The notes beneath the pieces were generated by a model. The model worked only from the letters and a program-made list of their open reading frames with translations, was not told the DNA's origin and did not search any database. Below are positions 49,297-59,146 of a DNA stretch of 64,000 nucleotides, one piece after another. The stretch spans positions 256,001 through 320,000 of the forward strand of contig CAWDOD010000003.1 in assembly GCA_963803805.1 (NCBI GenBank). The letters are read 5' to 3'. Position 1 is the first letter of the stretch. Every line of letters starts with the position of its first letter. A program made the position numbers and the translations under genes. Source of the stretch: an uncultured cyanobacterium (GTDB lineage: Bacteria > Cyanobacteriota > Cyanobacteriia > Cyanobacteriales > CAWCAG01).

Positions 49297-52041
49297 TTAC
49301 TTACTTCCCATCGAACTCCAAGCCCCAGAAGGAATAAAAGCCGCCCAAAAATAGGGATGGGCATACTGATTACTGTTCAACATCTCCAACTGTACTTGCC
49401 GCAGCGCTTCACTCCTGCCCTCTTGGTTAAGCAAACGCTGGTAATACTTCACCATTAAATCCTTCGTACCATCATCAGAAACATTCCACAAACTCATCAC
49501 CTGACTCTCTGCCCCTGCCATCACAAAAGCGCGACGTAAACCGTAAACTCCGTCACCGTTGGCTACTTCCCCTACCCCTGTTTCACAAGCAGAAAGTACC
49601 ACGAGTTTTGTCCCTCGCAGGTTTAAACCTGTGGCTTCCAGGGCAGTTAGTACCCCATCTTCTGTACCGCTTTGTTTGTTATTAAACCCAGCAAGGGCTA
49701 AACCGGAACGGAGGAGGGGGTTTTCCTGGGGAACTTCAGGACGCTCAAAACCAGGACGTTCATAGATGCCGACAATACCTCTATCGTTAAAACTAAAACT
49801 GTTATCTGCTTCAGCAACCAGCTTTACTGGGAGGAAAAAGCCGTGGGTAGCGATGTGGAGGATATTAGGGCTATTTACTTGTTTGACTAGGTTTTCTGTG
49901 GCTTGGGTTTTGGTGAATAACTGCACATCTGGTAAGATTTGCTGCAATGCTTCTGCTTCTGCGGCAGTGCCAGGTAAAGCACCAAAGGATATTTGGGAGA
50001 TGTCCCCGGAACGTTGGTTAGTGCTACGGGTGTTGCTGGCTAGTTGAATGTTGGTTTCCCCAGCTTGGTTATATGCCGGATCTGCTAAGACTATTGCTCC
50101 CTGGTTATTGGGGTAGTTGTTTTGCAGGCGGATTAAATCTCTGCCTGTGGTGAGGTAGGTGATGGTGTAGTTTTCCACCAGGTATTGCCCATTTTCATCT
50201 ACTAAGGCAGCAAAGGGAATGAGGTTAAGTTGGCTGTCGGGGGAGAGGAGGATGTTTTTCTTATTACCCAGTTTATTGCGGATGGGTGCTGTGACTAGTT
50301 TGTCTAGGTTGCGTCCGATGGTGGTGGCATTAGAGGATTGGTTTTGTAGGGCTTGGCGGAATTGTTGAACAGCTTGGTTGATGGGTGCTGCTGGGCCTAA
50401 GTCTACCCAGTCTATTTCGCCTGTGGGTTGGAGGATGTAGGCGGCGTAGTGTAGTGCTTCCCATTTGTTTTCTTGAGCATTGTAAGGTTTGTAGGAAACT
50501 ATTTCTACTAAGGCAGCATTTGCAGGAACGAGTTTTTGCACTGCCTCAATGGTGACAGGTTCGTTAATTTGACGAAACTCAATGCTACGTTGGGCGAGTT
50601 GATTGGCTAGGTTTTGTTCTTCTGCTTTGAGTGTGGCTATTTGTTGGCGATAAACTTCGGGATCTGTTTCTCCTAAGCCTTGGTAGAGGAGGGCTGCTAG
50701 TTGGGAGCGTTTGTTTGCTAGTTCATCGAGGAGTTGTTGGTTTTCTGGCGTTAAGTTGTCGCGGATGAGTTGGATGTTTTCTGTAGTTGCATCGAGTATT
50801 CTGCCTTTGCGACGGAGGAGGGTTTCTAGGGCGAGGTTTGCTGCTTGGGAGTTGGTGGGTAGGTTTTGTAAGTGGAGGCTGAGAGCAATATCTGTTGTGT
50901 TCTTGATAGTGGCAAGGTAGGCTTTTTTTCTAGTTTCAGAGCCGATACTAAGGTTAAGGGAAAGGTTTTCTTCTTCAATATTGAGGCTGCGAACGAATAA
51001 TTCTAATGAACGGTTGGGGTTATTTTGCTTTTGATGCAGCACTGCGAGATTACTGAGATTTATTGCTACGTTGGGATGATTTTCTCCCAAGGCTTTTTCC
51101 CAGATATTGAGAGAGCGTAGTAACAGAGGTTCGGCTGCTGCGTAGTTCCCTTGGCTTTGGTATAACGATGCGAGATTGTTAAGACTTGCGGCTACGTTAG
51201 GATGATTTTCTCCCAGTGCTTTTTCTCTGATTTTGAGAGAGCGTAGTAACAGAGGTTCGGCTGCTGTGTAGTTCCCTTGGCTTTGGTACAACGATGCGAG
51301 ATTGTTAAGACTTGCGGCTACGTTAGGATGATTTTCTCCCAGTACTTCCTCACCGATATTGAGGGAACGAAGGTAGAGAGGTTCTGCTACTGTATAATTT
51401 CCTTGATATCTATGCAGTAAAGCTAATTCATTGAGGCTGTTTGCAACATCAAGGTGGTTAGGATTAAGAACCTTTTCTCTAATGCTCAAAACCTCTTCAG
51501 CTAAAGGAATTGCTTGGCTATATTGACCTTGCTCTCTAAGTTCCATTACTCTTTGCTCAAGCTTCTTTGCTTTTGCTAATTCCACCTCAGAAGTAGTAGC
51601 AGACCGCCGAGCCAGCAAGTAATTTCCTGTTTTTCCTGCTTCGAGAGTTGTAACAGTAATTGTGTAAGTGTCAGTGACCGGTAAAGTAACAACAATTTTT
51701 GCATTATTGCCTTCGCCACTATTATCATCTGCGTCAATTAAGTTTTTTGCTGAATCAATAAGTACCAAGAAAACATCAAATTCTGTGCTATTAAGCTCAA
51801 TAACTATCTGTTCTCCTTCTTGCCCCTCGAAAGTGTGAATGTTGTAATAATGCTCTTCCTCAAAAATATTACTCTCACTATCCAACCTCCCCCTAATTGT
51901 CGTAACTTCCCTCTCCTCAACCTCAGCAGCCTCAACACCTTGCCCAAAAACTGGGGCTGGTTTCTCCACCAACACACCAAAACCACCCAAAGCAACCATC
52001 ACCCCAAGCAATAATCGCTTCTTAAAATTGCTGCTGCCCAT
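49297..52041 (-). CDS. signal peptide-PPC-TPR-CHAT caspase-like protease
   Basis: PPC-like domain (FEGQEGEQIVIEL..FD..L..DDNSG), 42-aa TPRs (LGENHPNVA.SLNNLA), LHIATHGFF, LSACETG, HPYFWAAF. Confidence 0.92.
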   Translation of the reverse strand: MGSSNFKKRLLLGVMVALGGFGVLVEKPAPVFGQGVEAAEVEEREVTTIRGRLDSESNIFEEEHYYNIHTFEGQEGEQIVIELNSTEFDVFLVLIDSAKNLIDADDNSGEGNNAKIVVTLPVTDTYTITVTTLEAGKTGNYLLARRSATTSEVELAKAKKLEQRVMELREQGQYSQAIPLAEEVLSIREKVLNPNHLDVANSLNELALLHRYQGNYTVAEPLYLRSLNIGEEVLGENHPNVAASLNNLASLYQSQGNYTAAEPLLLRSLKIREKALGENHPNVAASLNNLASLYQSQGNYAAAEPLLLRSLNIWEKALGENHPNVAINLSNLAVLHQKQNNPNRSLELFVRSLNIEEENLSLNLSIGSETRKKAYLATIKNTTDIALSLHLQNLPTNSQAANLALETLLRRKGRILDATTENIQLIRDNLTPENQQLLDELANKRSQLAALLYQGLGETDPEVYRQQIATLKAEEQNLANQLAQRSIEFRQINEPVTIEAVQKLVPANAALVEIVSYKPYNAQENKWEALHYAAYILQPTGEIDWVDLGPAAPINQAVQQFRQALQNQSSNATTIGRNLDKLVTAPIRNKLGNKKNILLSPDSQLNLIPFAALVDENGQYLVENYTITYLTTGRDLIRLQNNYPNNQGAIVLADPAYNQAGETNIQLASNTRSTNQRSGDISQISFGALPGTAAEAEALQQILPDVQLFTKTQATENLVKQVNSPNILHIATHGFFLPVKLVAEADNSFSFNDRGIVGIYERPGFERPEVPQENPLLRSGLALAGFNNKQSGTEDGVLTALEATGLNLRGTKLVVLSACETGVGEVANGDGVYGLRRAFVMAGAESQVMSLWNVSDDGTKDLMVKYYQRLLNQEGRSEALRQVQLEMLNSNQYAHPYFWAAFIPSGAWSSMGSK

Positions 52042-52868
52042 AACTCTCTACATCCCTAGTTTTGTCCCACTATCTCATATTTGCTAAAAACATCTGCTTA
52101 AATAAACAGAAAAATTATCTTTAGCAGTATCAACTATCTATAACTTCGCAGCCAAGTCTCAAAAAATACGCAAACGGCAAAAGAATTTAGAATGTTGAGA
52201 TCGCTACTTGCTCCGGTGCGATCGCAAAAGCAAATCACTGTAGGATGGACAAAGAGTTTTATCAGCAAAACTTTTCTTTCTACTGTGTACCGTTTTAATA
52301 ATTTAAACCTCTACAATTTCTTGGGCTTTTTATGAAGTTATGTTGAGAACGAAGTGATAAAGCTTTGCATGAGCTTGCATTAAGAGAAGGATTAAGGGAA
52401 AATTATTAAAAGTGATATTATTACTATCTTTTTGCCTTAAAAACTCTTGACTGTTATAAACCAACGTAATCTCAAGGTTTGTCTAAGGCTGCATAGCTTG
52501 CAAAAGAAAAGCCTTCTTGACTAAAACTCCCGACGAAACAATTTATTTTTTGACCTCGATTTAACTATCTATTGACAAACTGACTATTTTGTGCGATTAG
52601 TCAGGTTAATCCCAAAGAGTTACCCCCACAGTTAAAATGGGTTGCTAATTGACATTCAGTGCGATCGCACTACACTCTAAAATCCCTGAAATAAAAAGTC
52701 TTCGACATCATGTAGAGTTATAAATTGAACTTATTTTATTAGCCTCTGCTTTCGTCGCTTTCGCAATAGTTATAGTACCGGATCTGCCTAACCTCTATTC
52801 AGAAAAAATTTTTATCCACTCTACTTTCTAACTAAAAACAGTGTAATCCCTGAGAAAAACAGCTATAA

Positions 52869-52928
52869 GGTGGGCAAGATTAATCACCAACTTAACAACT
52901 CAAATTATTTGGCATTTGCCCACCCTAC
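52869..52928 (-). repeat. GTAG REP-like element, family B
   Basis: GGTGGGCAA...TTTGCCCACCCTAC. Confidence 0.7.
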
Positions 52929-52941
52929 TTTCTAACTACTT

Positions 52942-53403
52942 TTAAAGAAAAACCCCCGCAAGAAAGACGTTTTTATCATCTACCAATTCCAAAATCTGGT
53001 TGAATTTAGCAGAAAGTCCAACCACACGGGGCTGTTGAGACTTATCCAAACCTTGATACCATTGAGAAGTCATCATTTCCTCAATACTGGGTAATTGACC
53101 CCCTGCATACTCCATGAGAAAGTTCTGCACAATCTCTTGATCACTTGCAGGGAGAGTGGCAGACCATTCTTTGTAAATAGCCACAGCTAAATCACTACCT
53201 GATTCAACTTCGCTAGTATCAACATTATCTAAATTGATGCCTAAGCTTTCTCCTATGACTTCTGCCTCTCTAATTGTAGATTTTGTTACGTTGATTATGT
53301 TAGTTACGTCTTCTAGAAAATCAAACGGCCCTGCAAATGCAGGTGCTGTAACTGTAGTAGCTAAGATTAGGCTTACTGGAATGGCAAAGTACTTAAAAGA
53401 CAT
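52942..53403 (-). CDS. exported acidic hypothetical protein
   Basis: Signal peptide ending APAFA; 153 aa; no family recognised. Confidence 0.7.
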   Translation of the reverse strand: MSFKYFAIPVSLILATTVTAPAFAGPFDFLEDVTNIINVTKSTIREAEVIGESLGINLDNVDTSEVESGSDLAVAIYKEWSATLPASDQEIVQNFLMEYAGGQLPSIEEMMTSQWYQGLDKSQQPRVVGLSAKFNQILELVDDKNVFLAGVFL

Positions 53404-53633
53404 AACAAATTTCTCACACTAAATTTTTGGGATAAGAGCAAACTGTGTAGATGTGAATCTCTAATCAGTAGCTCTTACTTTTGATTTATCTAGGAAGCCT
53501 TTTCATTTACGCAAAATTTCCAGATTTTTTTGAGGAGATTGACAGCCCAATGTTAAAACCCTTTGAAATAGGCGCTTACAGATTTTCTACTTTGTTCCAA
53601 ATCAAGAATGTTCCTTTCCCAATCTAAGTTAAT

Positions 53634-53888
53634 TAATCACACAACTTGGAAGGTTGCATAAAAAGAGATGAATTGCCTATTCGCTCAACCCGCCAAAGAT
53701 TAAAATCGGTGGCTAATAGCCCAAGTCATCTTTAAGATGACTACCAACTGCTGGGATTGCCCCCAAGAAAAAGTGTCAGCAAATTCCCAAAAACTAATCC
53801 CCTAGTCATCTTCAGATGTCGAGCGCTATCAGCCCCGAATTTATTCGCGGGCGATATATGCTTACAACCTTCAAGCGTCGTGTAATTA
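53634..53888. mobile_element. nested palindromic non-autonomous element
   Basis: Outer imperfect IR AATCACACAACTTGGAAGGTTG / (rc) AATTACACGACGCTTGAAGGTTG. Inner inverted arms (53691-53853) each have a terminal hairpin and an AGTCATCT..AGATG palindrome. Confidence 0.55.
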
Positions 53889-53941
53889 CCTAAAGATGAA
53901 ACCATTGCCCCCTAACCAACCTCTTAACTTATTACTTATTA

Positions 53942-54001
53942 AGGGCGACCCAATTTAAACCTTGATTTGTCAACAATATTTGGAAAACGGGTCGCCCCTA
54001 C
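53942..54001 (-). repeat. GTAG REP-like element, family A
   Basis: AGGGCGACCCAAT...AAACGGGTCGCCCCTAC; the loop also resembles the 49224 copy. Confidence 0.75.
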
Positions 54002-54015
54002 ATTTATTACTTAAT

Positions 54016-57000
54016 TTAATCCGCTTCCCCAATTAAAGTAAAAGCGGCCCAGTTTTTTGGTTCCGGGTGTTGCTTCATCGTTACTAACATCGCTTGTCGC
54101 AACGCCTGGGCTTTATCAGGATTTTTCTCTAATTGATTGTAAAACTCCACCATCAACTCTCCTGTAGGAGCATCAGGTACTGCCCATAGAGAAACTAAGA
54201 CGCTGGGAACTCCAGCACTAATAAAGGAACGGGATAAACCGATTACTCCATCTCCGGTTATTTTGCCCCTGCCTGTGTTGCAAGCGCTCAAAACTACTAA
54301 TTGGGCTTGCAAGTTCATCTCGTAGATTTCTGTCGCTGTCAGGAGTCCGTTGCCTGGAGAAGAATCGGGGGCGAGGGCGATCGCACTTCCCATTCCTTGT
54401 ACATCGTCTAGTAAGCCGTGGGTGGCCAGGTGAATTAAGTTAGCGTTGGTCATTTGTTTGACTATGGTGGATTTGGTGGCTTCGTTACCGGTGAAGGGTT
54501 GGGTATTTAGTAGAGGTGCGATCGCCTTCGCTTCTTTTTCTGCACCAGGAAGGGAGGCTAATTGTATAGCGGGTTCGAGGGGGTCATCTTTGACCTTGGG
54601 CATGGTGGGGTTGCCTACTACTAAGGCATCTCCGGTTGCTGTTGTTTTTTGCTTTTGTTCCCTGGTTAGTTGCAAGGTTTGGATAGAGGGGGCGGTGAGG
54701 ATGGTGTGTTTTTCGATGAGGTAGGTTCCGTTTTCGTCTTGTAGGGCAGGGAAGGGAGTCAGGAAGAGGGAACTTTGGGGAATGAAGATGACTTTCTCCT
54801 TGGGGTCAGTGGGTAGTAAATCGGCGATGGGATCAATGAGGAGGTTGTGTAGGCGGTTTAAGCCATCTTTGTAGGGTTCAAATCCTGGTCTGGGTTTGAT
54901 GGCTACTTCGTCGCGGTTGAGGCTGCGGAGGGGTAAGCCCTGTACTCCCAAGGCGATGCGAGTGTGGGTAACAAGTTTGGCTAAGGAGGTGTTTTCTTGT
55001 TGCCAGAGGGGTTTAAGGTTGCTGCGACGGAAGGTTATTTCTCCGGTGGGTTTGACTATCCAGATATAAAGTTCTGCTTCTTTAGTTTGTTGCTTTCCTT
55101 CAATGCTGAAATTATCACCAATTAGGGAGTATTCAACTAAGGTGGCATTTTGCTGTTGGGCGATTTGTTTGATTTGTTCGATGTTGGGTGGTGTTATGGT
55201 TGTTGGGAAGGAGTTGTCTTGGTTGGCTAGGCGTTTGGCTAATAGCTCTACAAATGCTCTGGCGCGACCTCTTTCTGAAATTTCAAGGGCTTCATTGGTT
55301 TTATTTTGGGCAATTAGGACTTCTTGAATATTGCGATAAGTAGCAGCTTGCTGTTCAAAAATGGAAATTTTAAAGTCATCATTGTCACCTAAAAAACTCC
55401 TGGTTTCTTCAAAGTACTCAACGGCCTGCCGTAAAGTTTCTTCTGCCTCTGTTAGCTTACCAAGTTTAAACAATGACATTCCCAAGTTATTGAGCGATCG
55501 TGATGTACACTTTTGAGCCCCGGTTTTTTTAGACTTAGCCAAGCTTTGCCGAGAAAAATTTATAGCTTGGGTGTAATCTCCAAGAGATGAGTAAGCACTA
55601 CCTAAATTGCATAAGATAGAAACTTCTCCGGAGAGATGGTTATTTCTTTGAGCGATGGCTAATGCCTGTTTATAATAGTTAATTCCTTGAGTATAATTTC
55701 CTTGTTTAGTGTAAGCAATCCCTAAATTGTTTAGAGTCATTCTTTCTATATCTTTATCACCATTTTCTTGAGCAATTTTCAAAGAATTATTTAATACTTG
55801 AATTGCTCGATTATTATGTTTTAAAGTCGTTAAAATGTCACCAAGATTAAGAAAAGAACGCATTAGTATATTGCGATCGTTGATTTCTTGAGCGATGCTT
55901 ACAGATTTCTCAATATGGGCAATAGCCTGTTCATACTTCCCTATTTCTGTGTAAGAGACTGCTAAATTTAGAAAAAGAGCTCCTTCATGTTTTTGATCAT
56001 TAATTTCTTGGGCAATTAATAAAGCTTCTTGGTAAATTTGAATTGCCTGAGCATAATGCCTCATTCCACTGTAAGCGTTTCCTAAATTCATCAAAATTAA
56101 TGCTTCATTGTGACGATCACCAAGTTCTCGGAATATACTCAATGCTTCTTCCCAAGATTTTATAGATTCCTGAAATAGGCTGTTGCTATATTGCTCAAAT
56201 CCTTGCTCGAAAAGTTGCTTCACTTTTGCTCTTTGTTGAGTAGCTAGCAAGCCTTGTTGGGCAGATTTTTCTATCTCTATATCATCAACTTGTTTGGCAA
56301 TAGCTAAACTCTGTTGAAAAGAAACGATTGCCTGAGTATAGTCATCTTTTATTATGTAAATATCACCAATAGAAATCAAAAGTCTTCCTTGGTGAGAGAT
56401 ATCATCTAACTCTTGTGCAATTGCCAAACTCTGCTGGTAGTAATTAAGCGCTTCATCGTAATTTTTTATAGCTGAGTACGTATTTCCTAAAAGATCTAAA
56501 ATATCACCTCTCAATTGATAATTATTAATCTTTTGAGCAATGACTAAACTTTGCTGTAAACTATTAATACCTCGGTTATAATCGCCCTTTATTGTATAAA
56601 TTTCTCCAATATGAAATAATATTCCTCCTTGGGCTGCTATCAGATCTAACTCTTGTGCATTTGCCAAACTTTGCTGATAGTAATTCAATGCTTTATCATA
56701 ATTTCTCAGAAGTAAGTAATTATTTCCTAAGAGGTCTAGAATTTGACCTTCTGTATCTTGATGATTTAGTTGTTGAGCGATAACTAGACCTTGTTGTAAG
56801 GCATTTATGGCTTTAGTATACTCACCTTTTATTCTGTAAATGTAGCCAATATAAAGTAGAATTTCCCCTTGAGGTGCAGCAATGTCTAACTCTTGTGCTA
56901 CTGCCAAACTTTGTTTGTAGTAATCAAGTGCTTCATCATAATTTTCTAGGACTAAGTATGCGCTTCCCAAAAGTCCTAGAACCCGACCTTGCATAGGATG

Positions 57001-57246
57001 ATTGCCAATTACTTTATAAATATTTAATGCTTGTTGTCGCAACAATATTGCTTCCTGAAACTGACCGTTTTGATATAGCTGATTACTTTGCTCTAAAAGC
57101 TGGTCGGCTTCTGCTTGCTTTTCTTCTATAGTTTGCCCTTGCACCGGAGACAAAAAGAAGTGAACAGACAAACCCCCAAAACTAAAATTAGTCAGACTTA
57201 AAAATAAAGTTAGTAATACAGTAGAGCTAAACTTGGGTAGATTCAT
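54016..57246 (-). CDS. signal peptide-TPR-CHAT caspase-like protease
   Basis: Long TPR array, ERGRARAF, IHLATHG, LSACNTG, PKNWAAFTLIG. Confidence 0.92.
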   Translation of the reverse strand: MNLPKFSSTVLLTLFLSLTNFSFGGLSVHFFLSPVQGQTIEEKQAEADQLLEQSNQLYQNGQFQEAILLRQQALNIYKVIGNHPMQGRVLGLLGSAYLVLENYDEALDYYKQSLAVAQELDIAAPQGEILLYIGYIYRIKGEYTKAINALQQGLVIAQQLNHQDTEGQILDLLGNNYLLLRNYDKALNYYQQSLANAQELDLIAAQGGILFHIGEIYTIKGDYNRGINSLQQSLVIAQKINNYQLRGDILDLLGNTYSAIKNYDEALNYYQQSLAIAQELDDISHQGRLLISIGDIYIIKDDYTQAIVSFQQSLAIAKQVDDIEIEKSAQQGLLATQQRAKVKQLFEQGFEQYSNSLFQESIKSWEEALSIFRELGDRHNEALILMNLGNAYSGMRHYAQAIQIYQEALLIAQEINDQKHEGALFLNLAVSYTEIGKYEQAIAHIEKSVSIAQEINDRNILMRSFLNLGDILTTLKHNNRAIQVLNNSLKIAQENGDKDIERMTLNNLGIAYTKQGNYTQGINYYKQALAIAQRNNHLSGEVSILCNLGSAYSSLGDYTQAINFSRQSLAKSKKTGAQKCTSRSLNNLGMSLFKLGKLTEAEETLRQAVEYFEETRSFLGDNDDFKISIFEQQAATYRNIQEVLIAQNKTNEALEISERGRARAFVELLAKRLANQDNSFPTTITPPNIEQIKQIAQQQNATLVEYSLIGDNFSIEGKQQTKEAELYIWIVKPTGEITFRRSNLKPLWQQENTSLAKLVTHTRIALGVQGLPLRSLNRDEVAIKPRPGFEPYKDGLNRLHNLLIDPIADLLPTDPKEKVIFIPQSSLFLTPFPALQDENGTYLIEKHTILTAPSIQTLQLTREQKQKTTATGDALVVGNPTMPKVKDDPLEPAIQLASLPGAEKEAKAIAPLLNTQPFTGNEATKSTIVKQMTNANLIHLATHGLLDDVQGMGSAIALAPDSSPGNGLLTATEIYEMNLQAQLVVLSACNTGRGKITGDGVIGLSRSFISAGVPSVLVSLWAVPDAPTGELMVEFYNQLEKNPDKAQALRQAMLVTMKQHPEPKNWAAFTLIGEAD

Positions 57247-57311
57247 AACAGCATTTAACTAAAAATTAATTTACGGCAATCATATAGCCTTTACCTCAAC
57301 CCTGGTGGTGC

Positions 57312-57578
57312 AGGCGACCCAAGAAATTGCTTATCTTTCCCTCCAGTTAAAGGTAAACGGGTCGCCTCTACAATATTGGCAATTGTTAGAATCATTTAAT
57401 GTAATAGGAAAACGTGTATGCGTAGTAGATGCGACAATGCTGACGCAAACGTGTAGCATCTCGACCCTTGAGAAGCCTACCTTTAGACATTGCCCAATAA
57501 ATAAAAATCCATTATCCCGTAGGGGCGACCCGTTTGCAAAATTTGATTCAAAAATCATAAAACCTGATTGGGTCGCCT
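57312..57578. repeat. inverted pair of family A REP-like elements (57312-57371 and 57519-57578) with a central hairpin
   Basis: AGGCGACCCAA..AAACGGGTCGCCTCTAC and GTAGGGGCGACCCGTTT..TTGGGTCGCCT; AGATGCGACA/TGTAGCATCT hairpin between them. Confidence 0.7.
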
Positions 57579-58154
57579 TGGCAAGGTTTCTAAATTTTAG
57601 TAAATTTGTAGCGAAATTTGATTACAAATTGTTTACCAATAGTACTTTGTTGAGTTTCTAATATGAAATAGGTAAATGTTTACTACGAATACACCTTTTT
57701 CAAAAACGAACATAAATACCAATGCTATTCTACTACTAGGTCTATTTGCGACAATAGACTAACCTTGGATTAACAGCTAAATATAAGCAACGAAGAGCGA
57801 AGCGGTTAGGAAGGGGTGTGCGGTCACTGATTCCCTGAGATGCGGGTCTGGGGGGCTAGTCCCCCGGTAAAGACTATAACTACTTATAGATTAACTCAAA
57901 GAAGGATTGACTAAAAAAGGGCGATCTTGAAGCAATTTGTCTGTAGCGTTATTTTTTCTATTTCATATAAATTCCTCATACCATTTTTCAAAAAGCTTAT
58001 TGGAGTTAATTGAGGTTCAAGGAATAAAATAGAGGAAAAAAGCTTTAAATCTCGCCCTAAATTGTCACTTCCTATGGGTAAAACAAGTAGCTCCTACTTA
58101 TTACTTTTAACCCAAAACATCTCTAACATCAAAGCAAGAAAATTAGTATCACAC

Positions 58155-59054
58155 TTAACGCAACTCCCTCACCTCTGCAACAGTCAACCCCGTAGTTTCA
58201 GCAACTTGACTATCATCAAAAACATCTAACAATTGACGAGCTATTTCGATAGCTTTTTGTTTTTTTCCCTGTTCCATACCTTCTTCCATTCCCATCTCTC
58301 TACCTTCTTCAATACCTATCTCTCTACCTTCTTCAATTCCCTCCCGTTTAGCCAAACGAATCGCCCCTTGTTGGTCATAAATAAACAACTCCCGCTTCTC
58401 CAACTCTTCCAACTCATCTCGACTCAAATTTGCTCGGTTAGCAATTTGAAACGCCCTATTAATTTCTGGCACTTCTCCCAAGTTACTTGGTACTGAATTC
58501 AAAGCATTAGCACTTTTAAGAAAGTAAATCCATTTATCGGTTAGGGTAGCTAATTCTTCCTTTTCTTGAGCAAACTTAGGTAACTCCACAAAAACAAGCT
58601 CTATTTCCTTATCGGGATAATCTATATTTGTTTTGGTTTCTTTAAAACGGAAACGAGAAATAATTTCTTCAAACTCAGAAAACATCCTAAAGTCTGTAAT
58701 TGTCAAAGCAATTACTGGTTTTAAATCTCGATAACCTTGACCAGAGGTAAGCTGAAGGCTATAGGTTTTGGCAGCATTGTAAAGTACCCTTTTGGTAAAA
58801 GATTCTACATTTAAAACCTGCATCTCAATAATAATTAGTAAGCCATTATTAAGTTTTGCTTGCACATCAAGGTAAGTATCTTTTAAACCTTCAACTTTAC
58901 CGGCCAAATGAGGATTAATTATTTCTAAATCCTCAATGATAGGTTCACCGTCATAAACCAAAGCATTAAGAAAGCTAATAAGAATATCCTTACTTTGTTC
59001 TGAGCCAAAGATTTTCTTAAAGGCATAATCAGTTTTAGGATTGATAAAATTCAT
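58155..59054 (-). CDS. Rpn family PD-(D/E)XK nuclease (PDDEXK_2)
   Basis: FINPKTDYAFKKIFG, LDVQA, IIEMQV, FVELPKF, DKWIYFLK, C-terminal EG repeats and HTH. Confidence 0.92.
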   Translation of the reverse strand: MNFINPKTDYAFKKIFGSEQSKDILISFLNALVYDGEPIIEDLEIINPHLAGKVEGLKDTYLDVQAKLNNGLLIIIEMQVLNVESFTKRVLYNAAKTYSLQLTSGQGYRDLKPVIALTITDFRMFSEFEEIISRFRFKETKTNIDYPDKEIELVFVELPKFAQEKEELATLTDKWIYFLKSANALNSVPSNLGEVPEINRAFQIANRANLSRDELEELEKRELFIYDQQGAIRLAKREGIEEGREIGIEEGREMGMEEGMEQGKKQKAIEIARQLLDVFDDSQVAETTGLTVAEVRELR

Positions 59055-59146
59055 CGGCGTAAATCCCACAAAGAACAAAAAGCTAAATATCCCATTTACT
59101 TATTACTTATTACTGAGGTTTACAGACGCTGATTGCGTAAATCCTG

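Noticed and set aside
3136-57246. Craspase-type CRISPR-CHAT system linking the array and the CHAT genes
   Set aside because: No Cas7-11 or Cas10 in the window, over 23 kb of housekeeping genes separate them, and the TPR-CHATs look exported
49224-57578. Integron attC sites
   Set aside because: No RYYYAAC/GTTRRRY ends and no integrase; the GTAG ends fit REP elements better
57305-57661. ORFs 57305-57661 and 57331-57558
   Set aside because: They run across REP-like palindromes and show no protein-like features
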